Positions 59,436 through 61,183 of a stretch of 61,183 nucleotides of DNA are shown here, piece by piece; the stretch's first letter is position 1, and each line of letters begins with the position of its first letter. A model generated the notes under the pieces. The model had not been told where the DNA came from and made no database searches. It was given only the letters and a program-made list of their open reading frames with translations. The stretch lies in assembly GCA_963833575.1 (NCBI GenBank), contig CAWHXY010000002.1, forward strand, positions 1 to 61,183, written 5' to 3'. Position numbers and translations under genes: made by a program. This DNA is from Candidatus Bathyarchaeota archaeon (GTDB lineage: Archaea; Thermoproteota; Bathyarchaeia; Bathyarchaeales; Bathycorpusculaceae).

Positions 59436-59664
59436 CTAGAATTTGGTGTTGTAGAGTGTGGCGTTGAAGGGATAGCTGAACAGTATCAGGTTGGCTGAGC
59501 CCTGCACAATGATGTTGACTGTTCCGCCCCTGATGATAGCGCGCAGTGCCTGCAAGCTGGAAAGTCAGTTTGTGGTAGGCGTTGTAGTAGTAGAAAGCTA
59601 ACCTGCCCAGGCAGCCAGGACAAGGATGATTAAAGCTAAGGCAGCGGTTTTTTTTGAATACCAC
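59436..59664 (-). pseudogene. Degraded membrane-anchored protein gene
   Basis: Protein-like segments in different frames: KKTAALALIILVLAA / LAFYYYNAYHKLTFQL / SLQALRAIIRGGTVNIIVQGSANLILFSYPFNATLYNTKF*. Confidence 0.4.
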
Positions 59665-59915
59665 CTACTATAACACCTACATAAAACCCGATTGAAGCTC
59701 AACCAACTTTGTCCACTTAAAAATAAAAACAGTAACTTCACTGCAAGCACAACTACAATCCGCGCGCTTTAACATTTCTGCAGCTTTATGTTCAAACAAT
59801 TAGCTTTTTTGCGTGTGTCGAGTGAAATAGCTAATTTGAAGTAAAGCTTTAATCGTCGTCTTGTCGAGCATAAAGAAGAGGCTTTGGACGGGTGTAACTT
59901 GAGGGATGGTTTAAG

Positions 59916-61183
59916 ATGAGAAAAGGTTTAGCTGCAATTATAACCGTTGTCATAATTGTTGTTTTGGTTGTTTCGGTTTTTGTCGCGATGGAAACCCAAC
60001 ACCAATCACCAGTGGCTGCCAAGAAGCCATTTTACGTGGGCGTTACCTATTGCGGCAACTCCATCACTGAGGCAGAGCAGCTTATCGATAAAGTGAAAAG
60101 TTACACTAACCTGTTTGTTTTGGATTCAGCAACGTTTATGCTTGACGTCAGCGGCACCCAAGAGATAGGCAACTATGCCGTCAACGCTGGGCTAAACGTT
60201 ATACTATGCGAGATCAGGGGCGGGAACGACACCGTCGTAGGCTCAATTTTGAACATGGCACAATCACGTTGGGGAAGCAACTTTCTAGGTTTATACTTTG
60301 ACGATGAGCCCGGCGGAAAGATGCTTGACGCAACAACAAACCTCTATGTTAGCAATGATACGATAGTGAAGCAGGCGAATGGTGGAGAGATAATGGTGTA
60401 CCCCCAGAATGCTTCCAATGATTACCAATTCTATCCATCAGGAGAAATCCTCACGAGCTCAAGTTCTCCAGTGGAAAACACGACAGTTGATGGGGTAAGC
60501 AACGTCATTGTCAGTTCAAGCACAAGTCTGATTTACTTTCCAAACGGCACAATTGCGAGTACTCCATCCAGTAGTTATGAGTACAGCAATGGGACCTATG
60601 AAATAGTTAATCAGGAAACACTGTACTATTTACCCAATGGCACCGTTTTAAACGAGGCGGGAGAAGCCGCAACCAATCAACCAGACGGAACACGTACAAT
60701 CGAGAACCGTGAAGATGTGGGTATTTCTAACTCAAACTCCGACTTTGTGCCGATTGATGAGTCAGAAGAAGTTACTATTGATCCAGGCAGTATTTCCCAG
60801 TTTGAATCCTACCAACAAGTTTGGGATTCGACGCCACTGCAAGATTCCACTGCGGTTGCAAACGTATTTCTCAACACAGAACATCATAACATAGGCACAA
60901 TTGGCAATCAATCAGAAGTTCCACTCTTCACTGCAGACTATGGCCTTGATTGGTTTGATTACAAAGGCGGTTACGATGTGGTGCTCGGCGAGTTAGGCTG
61001 GAACCAGTCCATAACCCAGAACATTGCGCTGGTTCGGGGAGCCGCGGACATGCAGAACAAGAGCTGGGGCACAATGATTGATTGGCAGTACCTATCACCA
61101 CCAACCCTGATGAGCGGCAACCAAATGTACAATGCAATGAAGCAATCCTACAAATCTGGCGCTCAATACGTCGTTGTCTTCAA
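59916..61183 (+). CDS. 3'-truncated membrane-anchored extracellular protein, possibly glycoside-hydrolase-like barrel (not in ORF track)
   Basis: Open frame to the window end: MRKGLAAIITVV..., FYVGVTY, YTNLFVL, FLGLYFDDEPGGKMLD, LFTADYGLDWFDY, GYDVVLGELGWN. Confidence 0.8.
   Translation, partial: MRKGLAAIITVVIIVVLVVSVFVAMETQHQSPVAAKKPFYVGVTYCGNSITEAEQLIDKVKSYTNLFVLDSATFMLDVSGTQEIGNYAVNAGLNVILCEIRGGNDTVVGSILNMAQSRWGSNFLGLYFDDEPGGKMLDATTNLYVSNDTIVKQANGGEIMVYPQNASNDYQFYPSGEILTSSSSPVENTTVDGVSNVIVSSSTSLIYFPNGTIASTPSSSYEYSNGTYEIVNQETLYYLPNGTVLNEAGEAATNQPDGTRTIENREDVGISNSNSDFVPIDESEEVTIDPGSISQFESYQQVWDSTPLQDSTAVANVFLNTEHHNIGTIGNQSEVPLFTADYGLDWFDYKGGYDVVLGELGWNQSITQNIALVRGAADMQNKSWGTMIDWQYLSPPTLMSGNQMYNAMKQSYKSGAQYVVVF

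Overview
Archaeal chromosomal segment, most likely Bathyarchaeia. This is inferred from TFB, aIF1, a tRNA-Gln with an A1-U72 pair, archaeal HMG-CoA synthase/DUF35, frequent TTG starts and the style of the hypothetical and surface-protein families. The left end (1-1704) is the edge of an integrated element: a tyrosine integrase whose reading frame runs antisense into tRNA-Gln(UUG). The middle (1.8-40.9 kb) is mostly housekeeping and repair genes: tfb, aIF1, a family-4-like UDG, Bcp, a CysRS paralogue, MetRS, GT-C glycosyltransferases, radical SAM-dinB, an ABC/FtsX pair, pncB, a thiolase-fold gene plus a DUF35-HMG-CoA synthase fusion, SSB and uvrBAC. The right part (40.9-61.2 kb) is accessory-like, with a frameshifted REC-PAS kinase, Pro/Thr-rich surface proteins, small membrane proteins and structured intergenic DNA. 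The strongest leads are: (1) four copies of a bipartite motif TTGYTTTTTTGA-N16-TTTGCAGGTTG, each followed by its own 10-bp-phased repeat array, with the kinase gene lying between copies like a cassette; (2) a thiolase-fold protein lacking all canonical catalytic motifs, paired with a DUF35-HMGCS fusion; (3) three tandem hairpins with covarying stems; (4) a CysRS paralogue with replaced Zn ligands; (5) a FAS1-C2H2-repeat-YegP fusion; (6) candidate structured RNAs. All calls come from reading motifs by eye; no searches or folding programs were run.
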